Position numbers and translations under genes: made by a program. From an uncultured archaeon (lineage in GTDB: Archaea > Asgardarchaeota > Thorarchaeia > Thorarchaeales > Thorarchaeaceae), in NCBI GenBank assembly GCA_964631415.1, contig CAZVZC010000004.1:1-64000 (forward strand): a stretch of 64,000 nucleotides of DNA. Reading direction: 5' to 3'. Shown in pieces: positions 18,599 to 28,363 of this stretch. The number at the start of each line of letters is the position of its first letter. Positions within the stretch are counted from its first letter, which is position 1. Under the pieces are notes generated by a model, which did no database searches, was not told the DNA's origin, and was given only the letters and a program-made list of their open reading frames with translations.

Positions 18599-19477
18599 CT
18601 AGCTAGCCGTCCCAATCCTGAGAAGAGCAAACCTTCTGTTGGGGTAGTCGATCACAACTTCTAGGTCCCTCATGAAAGGATACCCGATAATGCCGTCACG
18701 TATCAGCTCGCCACGGGGCGATACCACCTTCAGGTCGATGACTGCCGCTATTGTGTTCTTTTGGGTGACCGGACCGACAGTGAGGCTATCGATCTGAACA
18801 CCATATGCCTGTGCTCTTCCCCCTACGCCTTGGCATCCATCCGCACATCCCCGATTGGTGGGACTGGCAACTTGAACTGCGGCCACCGCCTGATCTTCAG
18901 TGAAACCCAGCTGCTGTGCAATCCGGGGTGTGATTACTGTTCCTCCTGACCCTGTGTCAACCACAAGATGGAAGGGGCCATTTCCATTGATGTACGTTGG
19001 CACGCTTATCAGATGCGAGTCTTCGACGTACTGCAACTCCTGCCAAGATAGGTTCTTGTCGCGGCGTGAGGTAGCACCCTTCGCCCGCTCCAATTTCATC
19101 TTCTTGGCGGGGTAGTTCACTGACATCACGTAGTTCTTCAGGAATGAGTGCCCGATGACGCCGGGGGTGAAACAGAAACCCCCCATGGCTGAATCGAAGT
19201 CTATGACGAGCACTTCCTCATTCTCAACAACCTCTGTTCCTATTTGCAGTCTGTCAACCTTGGCAAATGCAACCGGAACACGACCGCCCCCGACACCGGA
19301 CACAATCTTCCTGTCACCCTCGTAGGTCCGGATGCTGAGCTCCTCCGCCAGCGATTTTGAAATCGTTGTCGCAATCGCCCCGGTATCCAGTGTGAAGGTG
19401 AAGGGGCCCTGCCCATTCACGAAGACCGGCAGATGCGGATGACCCGACTCAGCACCAATGTCAAACTTGATTTCCAT
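18599..19477 (-). CDS. Two-domain retropepsin-like aspartyl protease
   Basis: Duplicated VNG.GPF.F.(L/V)DTG and G.IG..F motifs. Confidence 0.9.
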   Translation of the reverse strand: MEIKFDIGAESGHPHLPVFVNGQGPFTFTLDTGAIATTISKSLAEELSIRTYEGDRKIVSGVGGGRVPVAFAKVDRLQIGTEVVENEEVLVIDFDSAMGGFCFTPGVIGHSFLKNYVMSVNYPAKKMKLERAKGATSRRDKNLSWQELQYVEDSHLISVPTYINGNGPFHLVVDTGSGGTVITPRIAQQLGFTEDQAVAAVQVASPTNRGCADGCQGVGGRAQAYGVQIDSLTVGPVTQKNTIAAVIDLKVVSPRGELIRDGIIGYPFMRDLEVVIDYPNRRFALLRIGTAS

Positions 19478-19503
19478 TGCATTTCACCACGTACTCAATA
19501 CCC

Positions 19504-19545
19504 ATCTCATTGTTGAGATATAATACCTATCTCAGTGATGAGATA
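19504..19545. promoter_or_regulatory. Tandem ATCTCA-N4-TGAGAT operators
   Basis: ATCTCAttgtTGAGAT (19504) and TATCTCAgtgaTGAGATA (19528); partial third copy at 18556. Confidence 0.65.
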
Positions 19546-19672
19546 TATTAAGTCTTTCTGTCGGAACAGAGCTCCCAGCGCGGTTCAGGTGTAGGAGCGT
19601 GTTTCTGGATGGACACCAGTCAGTCCATCTTTGTTTGCATCAATCCTCGCTTGGTCCGCACGTGCTAAGTCA

Positions 19673-20083
19673 TCAGACGGACACACCATAGTACCACTGG
19701 TACCAGTGTTCACTGTCGATGGACGCAACAATGGCCGCAGCTGGGTTTGTGTGGCTGCTTGACACAACTCGAGGAGGAACAAGGACCATACCTCCAATCG
19801 AAGTGTTGAGAAGCTCGAACGATCCATCTAAGAATGTAGTCTTGAAGTGCACACGAATCGGAACATCTAGTGGGACTTCCTCTCTATATAGGAACGTGAA
19901 GTTTACGGAGTAGAAGAGCACAGAGTACGATGCGTTCATGTTTAGGTCGTACATCTGTGATTTGTGCCACAATCCCTCGAGCCCATCAATTGTCCTTACG
20001 TCAGCAAGAGCCACCACCATCCCTGTGACTAAGTAGGCTATGACAATGACTGCGATGCCCGATTGTCGTCTATTCAGCCTCAG
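19673..20083 (-). CDS. Small membrane-anchored/secreted hypothetical protein (probable CTG start)
   Basis: Basic plus hydrophobic N-terminal segment lies upstream of the first ATG (20020), in frame. Confidence 0.55.
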   Translation of the reverse strand: MRLNRRQSGIAVIVIAYLVTGMVVALADVRTIDGLEGLWHKSQMYDLNMNASYSVLFYSVNFTFLYREEVPLDVPIRVHFKTTFLDGSFELLNTSIGGMVLVPPRVVSSSHTNPAAAIVASIDSEHWYQWYYGVSV

Positions 20084-20128
20084 ACCACTGATCCCCGGTT
20101 GTGATTAGGTCAAATAGCTAGATGAACC

Positions 20129-21322
20129 TTACTCACTCCGCAGGTCCTCCTGCTGACCAACAGACAAGGACTGTGCCATTCTGGAGAAGAGTGGCATGAC
20201 AACGAAGATGGAACCTATGACTACTATCGCCGTCAGCGTAAGAAAGTCCGTTCCAACGTATCCCGAGGCAAAAGCCTCCCGTGCGATGATAAGTGACATC
20301 TCTCCTCTCACAGCCAAGCCGAGTGTCGAACTCAGCAGGATTCTGCCATGCAGCCCCGCGGCCCGTCCCCCGGCTAGACCTCCGCCCAGCCTTGCACCAA
20401 TAGCCACGACCAGGATGACGAAGGCCGTTGGCAGAAGGAGTGGAATATCGAAGGGGTTGATCGCCAGCCCAATACTGGCGAAGAAGACAGCTGTAAAGAT
20501 GTCCTTCGTCATTCCCAGCTGTTTTTCGAGATTCTCGCCCACAGGCTTGTAGGGAATGATGGCGCCCACAATGAAAGCTCCTGTGACAGCGGCTAAGCCC
20601 ACGGAGGTTGCCGCGAACGCGAAGACCAATCCCAGCCCAAGGAGCACTGGGAAGAGTGTTTCGTCAGACAGCCGACCCTCAAGCCGAACTATTACACGAG
20701 GCAGGAGTTTTCCTCCGAGGAGAACCGACCCGACTATGAATGCGGTCGAGATCAGACCGACACCAAGCAGATTGACCGGCACCAGGACACCACTGGCCAT
20801 GACAGCTAGCGCAACGGTCAGAATGATGAGACCCTCCACATCGTCAAGTACGCATGCAGTAAGAAGGGTTGAACCGTCTTGGGTTCTTACTAGCTTGTTA
20901 CTGCTCAACAAGGCTGCCACTACACTTGTTCCGCTCGGTGAGATTACAGCTCCGAGCAAGAAAGATGTGTTGCTCGGGAAACCCAGAGCCAATCCAACAC
21001 CGTATCCGCAGACTAGTGAGAGCAACACTCCGACGGTCGTCAGGAGGAAAGCTCTTCTTCCCATTTTCCAGAAGGCGGATACTTCGAACTCTAGTCCAGT
21101 GGTAAAGAGAAGCAGGACAACGCCTAGAACAGCAAGGAAATTGATGGTGGCAAGATCCGTGACAAGACCAAGTCCTCCAGGGCCACCAATGAATAGCCCG
21201 ACCAAGATGGCCCCAATCAGGCCGGGGAGGTTCAGCCGCTTGAACACCCCCGATACGATGGAACAGACAATTATCAACAGTCCCACTTGGTAGAGTAGGA
21301 AGACGGTTTGTTCTCCCGCCAT
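20129..21322 (-). CDS. Cation:proton antiporter (CPA2, KefB/NapA family)
   Basis: LLLFTTGLE, LDD, FFASIG and RGE motifs; about 12 TM helices. Confidence 0.92.
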   Translation of the reverse strand: MAGEQTVFLLYQVGLLIIVCSIVSGVFKRLNLPGLIGAILVGLFIGGPGGLGLVTDLATINFLAVLGVVLLLFTTGLEFEVSAFWKMGRRAFLLTTVGVLLSLVCGYGVGLALGFPSNTSFLLGAVISPSGTSVVAALLSSNKLVRTQDGSTLLTACVLDDVEGLIILTVALAVMASGVLVPVNLLGVGLISTAFIVGSVLLGGKLLPRVIVRLEGRLSDETLFPVLLGLGLVFAFAATSVGLAAVTGAFIVGAIIPYKPVGENLEKQLGMTKDIFTAVFFASIGLAINPFDIPLLLPTAFVILVVAIGARLGGGLAGGRAAGLHGRILLSSTLGLAVRGEMSLIIAREAFASGYVGTDFLTLTAIVVIGSIFVVMPLFSRMAQSLSVGQQEDLRSE

Positions 21323-21436
21323 GGGTTGGCAGCGGCTCACCTGGTGCTTAAGGCCCTTTCTGGAAGTCGAGATGCTCTCCTAATTCCAGTATACAAAGGT
21401 GTATATGGCACGGCTCGTTAACTATAGTGAACACAT

Positions 21437-21679
21437 ATGAAGGTAATGAGCAAGACTACGAATCTGTCTCCGAAGGAGATCATTGACAGGGCAGAGGCGT
21501 TCTTCAATGGGAAGTATGGACTGAAAATGCTTGAGTCCAGCGAATCCTGTTGTGCATATTTCCAGAGTGATATCGGTTTTGTTTCACTTCGGATTGTGAC
21601 CTTAGGCAAACGTAATGAAGCCATACTGGAAACTCGTGAATGGGACTATCAGATTCAGGAGTTTCTGAAAACGCTCTAG
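21437..21679 (+). CDS. Small conserved hypothetical protein
   Basis: Compact ORF with FF...YGL and TREWDY.I.EF motifs, filling a gap between genes. Confidence 0.65.
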   Translation: MKVMSKTTNLSPKEIIDRAEAFFNGKYGLKMLESSESCCAYFQSDIGFVSLRIVTLGKRNEAILETREWDYQIQEFLKTL

Positions 21680-21711
21680 ACAAGATTGCAGGGAAGTTGT
21701 TGATAATCCGC

Positions 21712-22641
21712 TCAGGCATGCTTCGGGAAGAACACGCCCAAGTTGCGCGGCAGCATATCGAGGTCTTCGAGTATCGAGAGATGCTGTAGTTTCTTCACTG
21801 TTTCAGGCGGCAGTTTCTCGCGTGTTACGCCTTCGAGAAGCATAGCGGTTTCTTGCTCCGAGAACTCCTCTCGGTCCTCAATCCATTTCAGGAACTCCTT
21901 GTCGACTGGACATACTCTCTGGCAGCGAAGGCAGCCCTCAATGCAGTTGTGCCACGAGGGTTTCATCCAAGCAGGAAACGGAATGTCACCCGGCCGCTCA
22001 TTATGAAAGACGATGCAACGCTCTGCACGTAAGAGGAACCGGTCAGACGGTATGGCACCCGTGGGACACGCCTTGCGGCAGACTTCACACGATTCGCAGG
22101 CCTTCATCATTGTGGGTTCTTGCCACTTATCCTCGGAACAGGGCATATCAGAGTAGACAGCAACAAGTTGGAGAAAGCTTCCCATTCCGGGCACATAGCA
22201 GACATTGTTCCGACCGTACTGAGCCAGACCACTTCGCGCCGCCAAGAGTTTGAGCGGCAGACCTGTCTTTGCCACTCTGTAGCCCTTCTTCTCAAGAATC
22301 GTGCCTAACAAGCCCGCAGTCTGTTGCATGATTTCGTCATAGGCTGTATATGTTGGCGGAAGAATGAGCGATCGCTTCTGTCCGCTCCAAGTGAAAGTGG
22401 CTTGAGTCTGCGGCCGAGGAACTGCGACGATGATCAACGACTGAGTGTTTGGCAGTTGCTCAGGCACCTTGAAGTCGAACCATGCGAGACGTAGCTTGTA
22501 GAACTCCCGGTCAAGCTCCTCTCGCTGATAGCGCGACTCAATCTCATCTCGCAGCGAACGAACGTGTTCGGCCGATACAGTGCGGACACGATAACCGCGC
22601 TCCCTCAGGGGTCGAAACAATAAATCGTCAGTTGGATTCAT
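21712..22641 (-). CDS. Epoxyqueuosine reductase (QueG)-like double [4Fe-4S] protein
   Basis: PLK.LA..SGL..YGRNN, CxxCxxCxxxCP and GCxxCQxxCP motifs. Confidence 0.8.
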   Translation of the reverse strand: MNPTDDLLFRPLRERGYRVRTVSAEHVRSLRDEIESRYQREELDREFYKLRLAWFDFKVPEQLPNTQSLIIVAVPRPQTQATFTWSGQKRSLILPPTYTAYDEIMQQTAGLLGTILEKKGYRVAKTGLPLKLLAARSGLAQYGRNNVCYVPGMGSFLQLVAVYSDMPCSEDKWQEPTMMKACESCEVCRKACPTGAIPSDRFLLRAERCIVFHNERPGDIPFPAWMKPSWHNCIEGCLRCQRVCPVDKEFLKWIEDREEFSEQETAMLLEGVTREKLPPETVKKLQHLSILEDLDMLPRNLGVFFPKHA

Positions 22642-22786
22642 GCCAAACGACACCAAATGCCATCTTATCGACTTGACAGATGAACTTGCCTGCTTAGGAG
22701 CAAGTATGCTGGCAGCACATGATTGCAGGATAGCCTAGCAACATCAGCTCTTTCGTCACTCGGTATCGTAGTATCAGGTCCATTGA

Positions 22787-23401
22787 CTACCAGCTTCCGA
22801 AGTCCTTTTCCTTGCTGTAGTCTCTCTTCAGGGGCTTGCCTGTCAACATGGTGAGGTATCTTATCTGTGCCGAGAATTCAACTCCGGTTGCGTTCTGGAG
22901 AGCGTCTTCTAGTGTTATTCCCTTGGCGAAGACCCCGTGACTCCTGATAACACATGCAGGGTAGTTCTTCAGGACAGGAGGTACCTTCTCGGCCGCCTCA
23001 GAAGAACCTGAGGGTACATTGAGCTCTACGACTGGTACCTTCTTGTACATGAACATGCCTTCCGCATCAATGCATGTGATCTCGTCTTCAATGAGCGATA
23101 GGACCACGCTGTAGGGAGAATGTGTGTGGACAACAGCCATTGCGTCTGTCTGTTGGTAGATGGCACGATGTACACCAAGCTCTGTGCTGGCGAGTAACGA
23201 TGATGAGTCCTCTTTGTTCAAGGAGCATTCAATGAGGTCCTCAGGTTCAAGCCAACCCAGCATGGCCGCACGCTTCTTGATGATGATTTTCCCTCCAGAT
23301 CGGATTGAGATGTTGCCAGAATGACTGGATCCCAGATTCCGCATGAGCACCTCCTTTCCGACCCTCTGAAAGATGCGAAAGGTCTCTTCATCGATTGTCA
23401 T
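22787..23401 (-). CDS. Class II aldolase/adducin family protein
   Basis: GNIS, ASTE...H..IY, VHTHS and HGV motifs. Confidence 0.92.
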   Translation of the reverse strand: MTIDEETFRIFQRVGKEVLMRNLGSSHSGNISIRSGGKIIIKKRAAMLGWLEPEDLIECSLNKEDSSSLLASTELGVHRAIYQQTDAMAVVHTHSPYSVVLSLIEDEITCIDAEGMFMYKKVPVVELNVPSGSSEAAEKVPPVLKNYPACVIRSHGVFAKGITLEDALQNATGVEFSAQIRYLTMLTGKPLKRDYSKEKDFGSW

Positions 23402-23413
23402 TCCATTCCACTC

Positions 23414-25234
23414 CTACAGCCTGATGCCAAGCTCCTCCAGCTTTGCTTTGGACGGAGCACCTGTTCTGTCCCAGTCCCTGAGTCTGTAGTAATCTTCGAG
23501 CATTGAGTCCAGTGGCACGGTTCTCCCCTTTGACAGCCCCTCGCTCAGAGGTTCTGTCAGGAACCGCTTGGGCAGGGTGTCGTCTTTCCTTGATAGTCCG
23601 GCCTTGGTGTTGAAGAGTCTCTCAAGGTTGTAGATTCGCTCACCAATCTTCATCAGACGAGTGATGTTGAGGTCTTCACCTGTCACAGCAGTCGCAAACC
23701 TTGAGTAGAAGTCGAATCCTAGAGCATAGCCTGCGAACTTGCAGACAATGAGACTGTCCTCGATTGCGCTCTGATGTTGTTTCAGCACTAGAAGGTCAGC
23801 CTTGCTGCCTGTGCTGGCACGGGGAATCTTCTTGGGTGCGGCGAAGACCTCCATCGCCACCAAGTAGCCTGTCAGGTGGCAGCCGCCTCTGTTCGAGGTG
23901 GCATAGCCCAGTGCATGGCCAATCGCGCCGCGAGGATCATACGCCGGGAGTTCCATTCCTTTGACATGTACCGCCGCATCAGGCATACCGTGTTTTGCTG
24001 CTAGCCGGGCAGACCCGGACGCCAGCTCTTCTCCGATGCCCCGTCTGTAAGCAATGTCTTCTATCAAAGGAATCAGGATGTCTTTGTTTCCAAACTGAAT
24101 CCTATCGTCATTTAGGGCTCCCTTCTCACGGAGCTCCATTGCACAGCTGATAGTTCCTGCAGTTGAAACAGTGTCCAAGCCGAGAAGGTTGCAGTGATAG
24201 TTCGCTTCAGCGACAGTCACCAGATCGAATATACCGGTTAATGTCCCAAGCAGCAGGGATTCAAACTCAGGACCCTTACCATTCATTGATTGGGTCTTTG
24301 TCATCCGACCACAACGAATGGGACAGGCATGACACCCCTCATCCTTCTCGAATATCTGTTCACGGATTGCTTCCCCGCTGAGGTTCTCAGCTTCATGCGA
24401 ATAGCCCATCTGGAAGTTCCTGATTCCGAGCATTCCCAGTTCGTTGATCACGTTCAGCAGGCCTGCGGTTCCAAACATGGGGAGAGATGAGTTCGTGATG
24501 GGCGCGACCTTCAACTTGTCTCTCGCAGATTTCACATACGTGATGAGCAGTTCCGGGTTGTCAATATCCGGCTTCGCCTTCCCGACCTTGATGACGATAG
24601 CTTTGAGATTCTTCGCTCCCATGACGGCTCCTGACCCACCTCGGCCAAAAGCGCGGTGGTTGCCATCGTTCATGATAGACGCGTAGAGGACTCCATTCTC
24701 CCCGGCTGGCCCAACCATCAGAGAGTGGAACCTGCCAAGGCCTAGAGATTCAAGTCTGTTCTGAGTTTCCAGAGTGTCCAGACCCCAGAGGCCCCCACAT
24801 GGCACAATCTGGGGGTTTTCACCCTCTGAGACCAGCACGTAGCCAGGTTCGTCGAGACGCCCGCTCACTATCAGACAGTCATAGCCTGTGCTCTTCAAAG
24901 CAGGTCCGACAGAGCCACCTGTGTTGGAGTAGAGGATCAAGCCCGTCAGTGGGGACTTTGTGACAAGTGAGAAGCGACCACTCGTTGGAACGATTGACCC
25001 AGTCAGAGGACCTGTTGCGAAAACAAGACAGTTGTTTGGAGACAGTGGGTCTGTTCGGGGATTGACCAGAAACGTGAAGAGCTTGACGCCCAGCCCACGA
25101 CCACCTAAGTAGTCTGTGAGTGTTTCGGCATCTATTGCGGATTCCTCTGATGATTGGGCCGACAGGTCAACTGACAGCAGCTTGTTGTGCATTCCTTTCA
25201 TGGTTTCCAGGTTCCCCGCAACTGGCGCACTCAT
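23414..25234 (-). CDS. aor: Tungsten-containing aldehyde:ferredoxin oxidoreductase
   Basis: YLGGRG, KSPLTG, GPAGE, GRGG.GAVMG.KNLKA, CxxCxxxC, GPEFE, YDPR, RGGCH. Confidence 0.95.
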   Translation of the reverse strand: MSAPVAGNLETMKGMHNKLLSVDLSAQSSEESAIDAETLTDYLGGRGLGVKLFTFLVNPRTDPLSPNNCLVFATGPLTGSIVPTSGRFSLVTKSPLTGLILYSNTGGSVGPALKSTGYDCLIVSGRLDEPGYVLVSEGENPQIVPCGGLWGLDTLETQNRLESLGLGRFHSLMVGPAGENGVLYASIMNDGNHRAFGRGGSGAVMGAKNLKAIVIKVGKAKPDIDNPELLITYVKSARDKLKVAPITNSSLPMFGTAGLLNVINELGMLGIRNFQMGYSHEAENLSGEAIREQIFEKDEGCHACPIRCGRMTKTQSMNGKGPEFESLLLGTLTGIFDLVTVAEANYHCNLLGLDTVSTAGTISCAMELREKGALNDDRIQFGNKDILIPLIEDIAYRRGIGEELASGSARLAAKHGMPDAAVHVKGMELPAYDPRGAIGHALGYATSNRGGCHLTGYLVAMEVFAAPKKIPRASTGSKADLLVLKQHQSAIEDSLIVCKFAGYALGFDFYSRFATAVTGEDLNITRLMKIGERIYNLERLFNTKAGLSRKDDTLPKRFLTEPLSEGLSKGRTVPLDSMLEDYYRLRDWDRTGAPSKAKLEELGIRL

Positions 25235-25511
25235 CTCGGACCAGTACTAGTCCCAAAGTGGATGCAATCGCTATCACTTGACTGCTCTATTTTAGTGCTT
25301 TCTTTCGCAGGCAGGAATCATTTGGTTCACTTCCTGCGACATCAGTACCTTCATTGCATGGTCTTCGGTTTCTGTGAACACTCCACGTTGGTCGAGTCTG
25401 CCTTAAGAAACAGTGGAATGTACCTCTTGTCCTCCACTCCCAGCACTGGAGCCTACGACCTAATCAGACTGGTTCTACTGTAGCAGAGCTGACAGACTGA
25501 ATCAAACCAGG

Positions 25512-26405
25512 CTACTCTCGAGGCTTTCCTCGTAGAGCCTGTTTTTCCTTCTCAGACACCATCTCGCCTGTGACGTCAGTTCTGCCCGCTGCCCTCAGTC
25601 TTACAAGTGCATGAGGATAGGGATCGAGGTACTCCTCTTCGACGTTCCTCCGAATCGATTGATCTATGTCATTGAGTCGTCGATAGATTGTATCTTTCTC
25701 ATTCTTCGATGTGAATCGAGGGTCAACAATCACGGCCACATGAAAGGAAACCCCCGCATCCCATAGTCGCTGCGCGGCAATAAAAGGCAGGTCAACGAAC
25801 TCACGGTTGCAACCAGTCTTCTCCTCGAAGGGCTCAGGGAGGCCGCCTCTGATTGACAGACGAACATGCCCCACCGTGCCATCTGATGGCTTTCTCGATG
25901 CATACTGTGCCAGACGTGGAGCGAAGTCTGGTTCCATCGCAAGCACTACTCCATTCGTTTCAATCACAAACAGGTCGAAGGCACTTGATTCCTGATGAAC
26001 TAGGTTCAGTATAGCACAGAGGTGGTCGGGGCACAGTGTCGGTTCAGCTCCACTCACTCTCGCCCTTCTGAAACCTCTTTCACGCATCACGTTTCGCAAG
26101 CGCGCATAGACCTCATTCGGCGAGTAGAAAACGCCGTGACTCTCAGGCCAGTCCCGGGACCAGTCAACCCAACAGAACACGCAGCGAAAGTTGCACCCGA
26201 CCGAGTATGCGGTGGCTATACCTCCGTATACGCCCACAGCATAGAAGCTGGTGTACTTCCTGAGAGGCACCCCATCGACTACTTTGCATACGATTCTTCT
26301 GGTATCAAGAGTCAGCTGCTTTGGGTCCATTGGAAACGGAAACTCGAACTCTCCATCTGGGCCACGCGTCGCGAAGCGCACAGGACCTTGTTCAGACTTC
26401 GGCAT
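25512..26405 (-). CDS. Radical SAM protein
   Basis: YGGIATA..VGCNFRCVFCW, SGAEP and ETNG motifs. Confidence 0.9.
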   Translation of the reverse strand: MPKSEQGPVRFATRGPDGEFEFPFPMDPKQLTLDTRRIVCKVVDGVPLRKYTSFYAVGVYGGIATAYSVGCNFRCVFCWVDWSRDWPESHGVFYSPNEVYARLRNVMRERGFRRARVSGAEPTLCPDHLCAILNLVHQESSAFDLFVIETNGVVLAMEPDFAPRLAQYASRKPSDGTVGHVRLSIRGGLPEPFEEKTGCNREFVDLPFIAAQRLWDAGVSFHVAVIVDPRFTSKNEKDTIYRRLNDIDQSIRRNVEEEYLDPYPHALVRLRAAGRTDVTGEMVSEKEKQALRGKPRE

Positions 26406-26528
26406 GGAAACCCCTCTGAAACTCCCTCCGCTTGAAACTTGTGGAGCGATTGAAGATGCATTTCGCTTCCTTACAACACCTGCTGCCAGCCGAGTCCAGT
26501 CCTTCACATCGTCACGTACGTACGCAGG

Positions 26529-26573
26529 AAAAAAAGTAGGTGAGAAGGGATGCCGCTAAGCACTCCTCCTCAC
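26529..26573 (-). terminator. Stem-loop plus poly-T terminator
   Basis: Minus strand GTGAGGAGGAGTGC-ttagcg-GCATCCCTTCTCAC followed by T7. Confidence 0.7.
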
Positions 26574-26594
26574 GATTCGGGTAATGACTTGCTA

Positions 26595-27683
26595 CTAAGA
26601 GGACTGCTTCGGGGCAGAATCATCTGATTGCCTGCCGAACAGCCTTCTTGACCACTTCTTCCAACCTGAGTGGAGTCCGGACCCCCAAGTCCCTTGCCAC
26701 CACCAGCCCTTTCCAGCCTTCATGTACATAGAGACCTTCATCCCGGATATCACAAGCTGCCACGAGTTGGTGACGGCAACGATGAAGACTATGAACGTCC
26801 AGACACCATTGAACAGGAGTGGCAGGAAGGAAATCTCACCGTACAGGCTTGTCATGTCAAAGAGCGACCACACACCATTGGTGTTATTCCAAACATTGAC
26901 AATAGGCCAGCCAGTGGTGACCAGCACCATGCACACGACGATCCATACGGCTGAGAGAATGGCTTGGAGCAGTAGATTCGCATTGTTCTCTCCTGCCTTG
27001 AAAAACAGATAGCCCTTCGCCGCGCTCACTGCCATCAGAAACGCCATGACACCTAGGACCGGTAGAAATGCGGGGATGAAGCAGAGCTGTATCTGTGGCA
27101 GCAAAAGGATTACTGCGAAGAATAGTCCGAACACAATGTCGGCGACTGCATCAAGCCTGGACTTAGGCGTGAAGACACCGCTTCCAGCGCCTAGGACTCC
27201 CTCAAGGACTGTCTTCTCAGTTGGCGCCTTGTACCTGTCAAGGAATGACAACACTCCAATGACGACGATGGCCAGTCCTACCCAAAACATGACCATGACA
27301 GGGATGTTGAATGGCCAGTTCTCGATAGTCGGGAAGCCCCACATTGATAGGGAGATTCCCACGAAGTAAGCGCCGATGCCGAATGCAATCGCAAGAGCCA
27401 CAAGTGCCATCACCATCCGACCGGCGGGCAGCATGTACTCAGCGGGTATGGGGCCGACCTTCTTGCCAGTCCCAGCATAGGCATTGGCGGCTTCCTTCGG
27501 ATCGCCGAATCGTTCAATGGCCAGCATCACTGAGCCGCGGGTGAGCTTCCCTTGGCCTAGGGACTGGGCCTCCTCAATCAAGTGCGTTCTAATCTCGGTC
27601 AGTGTGTCCTGACTATCAATGGGAAGGTATATCCTGACCCGTTCGAGATACTTCTCAATCATTTCCAATGGTTCTTCACTCAT
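26595..27683 (-). CDS. PadR-associated membrane protein (HAAS-like N-terminus)
   Basis: IEKYL..V...LP, EI.THL and FGDP..A motifs, then multiple TM helices; ATGA overlap with padR. Confidence 0.8.
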   Translation of the reverse strand: MSEEPLEMIEKYLERVRIYLPIDSQDTLTEIRTHLIEEAQSLGQGKLTRGSVMLAIERFGDPKEAANAYAGTGKKVGPIPAEYMLPAGRMVMALVALAIAFGIGAYFVGISLSMWGFPTIENWPFNIPVMVMFWVGLAIVVIGVLSFLDRYKAPTEKTVLEGVLGAGSGVFTPKSRLDAVADIVFGLFFAVILLLPQIQLCFIPAFLPVLGVMAFLMAVSAAKGYLFFKAGENNANLLLQAILSAVWIVVCMVLVTTGWPIVNVWNNTNGVWSLFDMTSLYGEISFLPLLFNGVWTFIVFIVAVTNSWQLVISGMKVSMYMKAGKGWWWQGTWGSGLHSGWKKWSRRLFGRQSDDSAPKQSS

Positions 27684-28054
27684 TGTGCGTCAACTCTCCC
27701 GAGTAGTTCTTTCATTTCATTCGTTAGCACAGACCATGTTTCGGTCATCATCTTGAGGGCTCTCTTGCCCTCGTCCTCAAGGCGGTAGTACTTCTTCGGT
27801 TTGGTTGGGTCCGCATAGTCCCACTCGCTGCTCAGCAGTTTTCGCTCCTTCTCGAGACGACGAAGCAGTGGATACACTGTTCCCTGTTCAAGCTGAAGGA
27901 ATGTCACCTTGTCGCTCAGACGTTTGACAATCTCGTACCCGTAGGCAGGACCTTCCTCCAGCACTGCTAGGATTGCGAGGGCCGCAGCACCTTTCTTCAC
28001 CTCAGTGGACCACCGCTCGAATTCCTCTCTTGCAGGACCAGATCCACCGCTCAC
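27680..28054 (-). CDS. PadR family transcriptional regulator
   Basis: YGYEI, GTVYPLL.RLE and KKYY.L...G motifs. Confidence 0.93.
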   Translation of the reverse strand: MSGGSGPAREEFERWSTEVKKGAAALAILAVLEEGPAYGYEIVKRLSDKVTFLQLEQGTVYPLLRRLEKERKLLSSEWDYADPTKPKKYYRLEDEGKRALKMMTETWSVLTNEMKELLGRVDAQ

Positions 28055-28109
28055 GGCTCAGTACTCGCCTCCCTGTGGGCTGTTTTGCTCATTATTGTGT
28101 TACACCTTT

Positions 28110-28150
28110 TACTATGCGTTACATAGTAGTGTACTACATGCATATATAAA
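28110..28150 (-). promoter_or_regulatory. padR promoter with palindromic operator
   Basis: TACTATG-N5-CATAGTA (28110-28128) downstream of minus-strand TTTATATA. Confidence 0.6.
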
Positions 28151-28363
28151 GCTTGCTTAGTACGCAGCCAGATTCACGCACTGTTTCTGAGCAGCTGAAG
28201 CGCAGCCGACCATTGTAGTCCCCATCACATCCAAATGTATCAGGACCCGCTTCATGTCAATGAAGGCAGGTGATCTCCGGCACATCATCGCAGCACCTGG
28301 TTTCGGAGTACTTCGTTTCTGCTGTTGTTTGCAACGAAACCCTGCATGGAGTAGACTGGTTGA

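Noticed and set aside
20196-21293. Long antisense ORFs (also 39605-40201, 58350-58982, 60141-60743 and others)
   Set aside because: Shadow ORFs opposite well-supported genes, with low-complexity Ser/Pro/Thr-rich composition.
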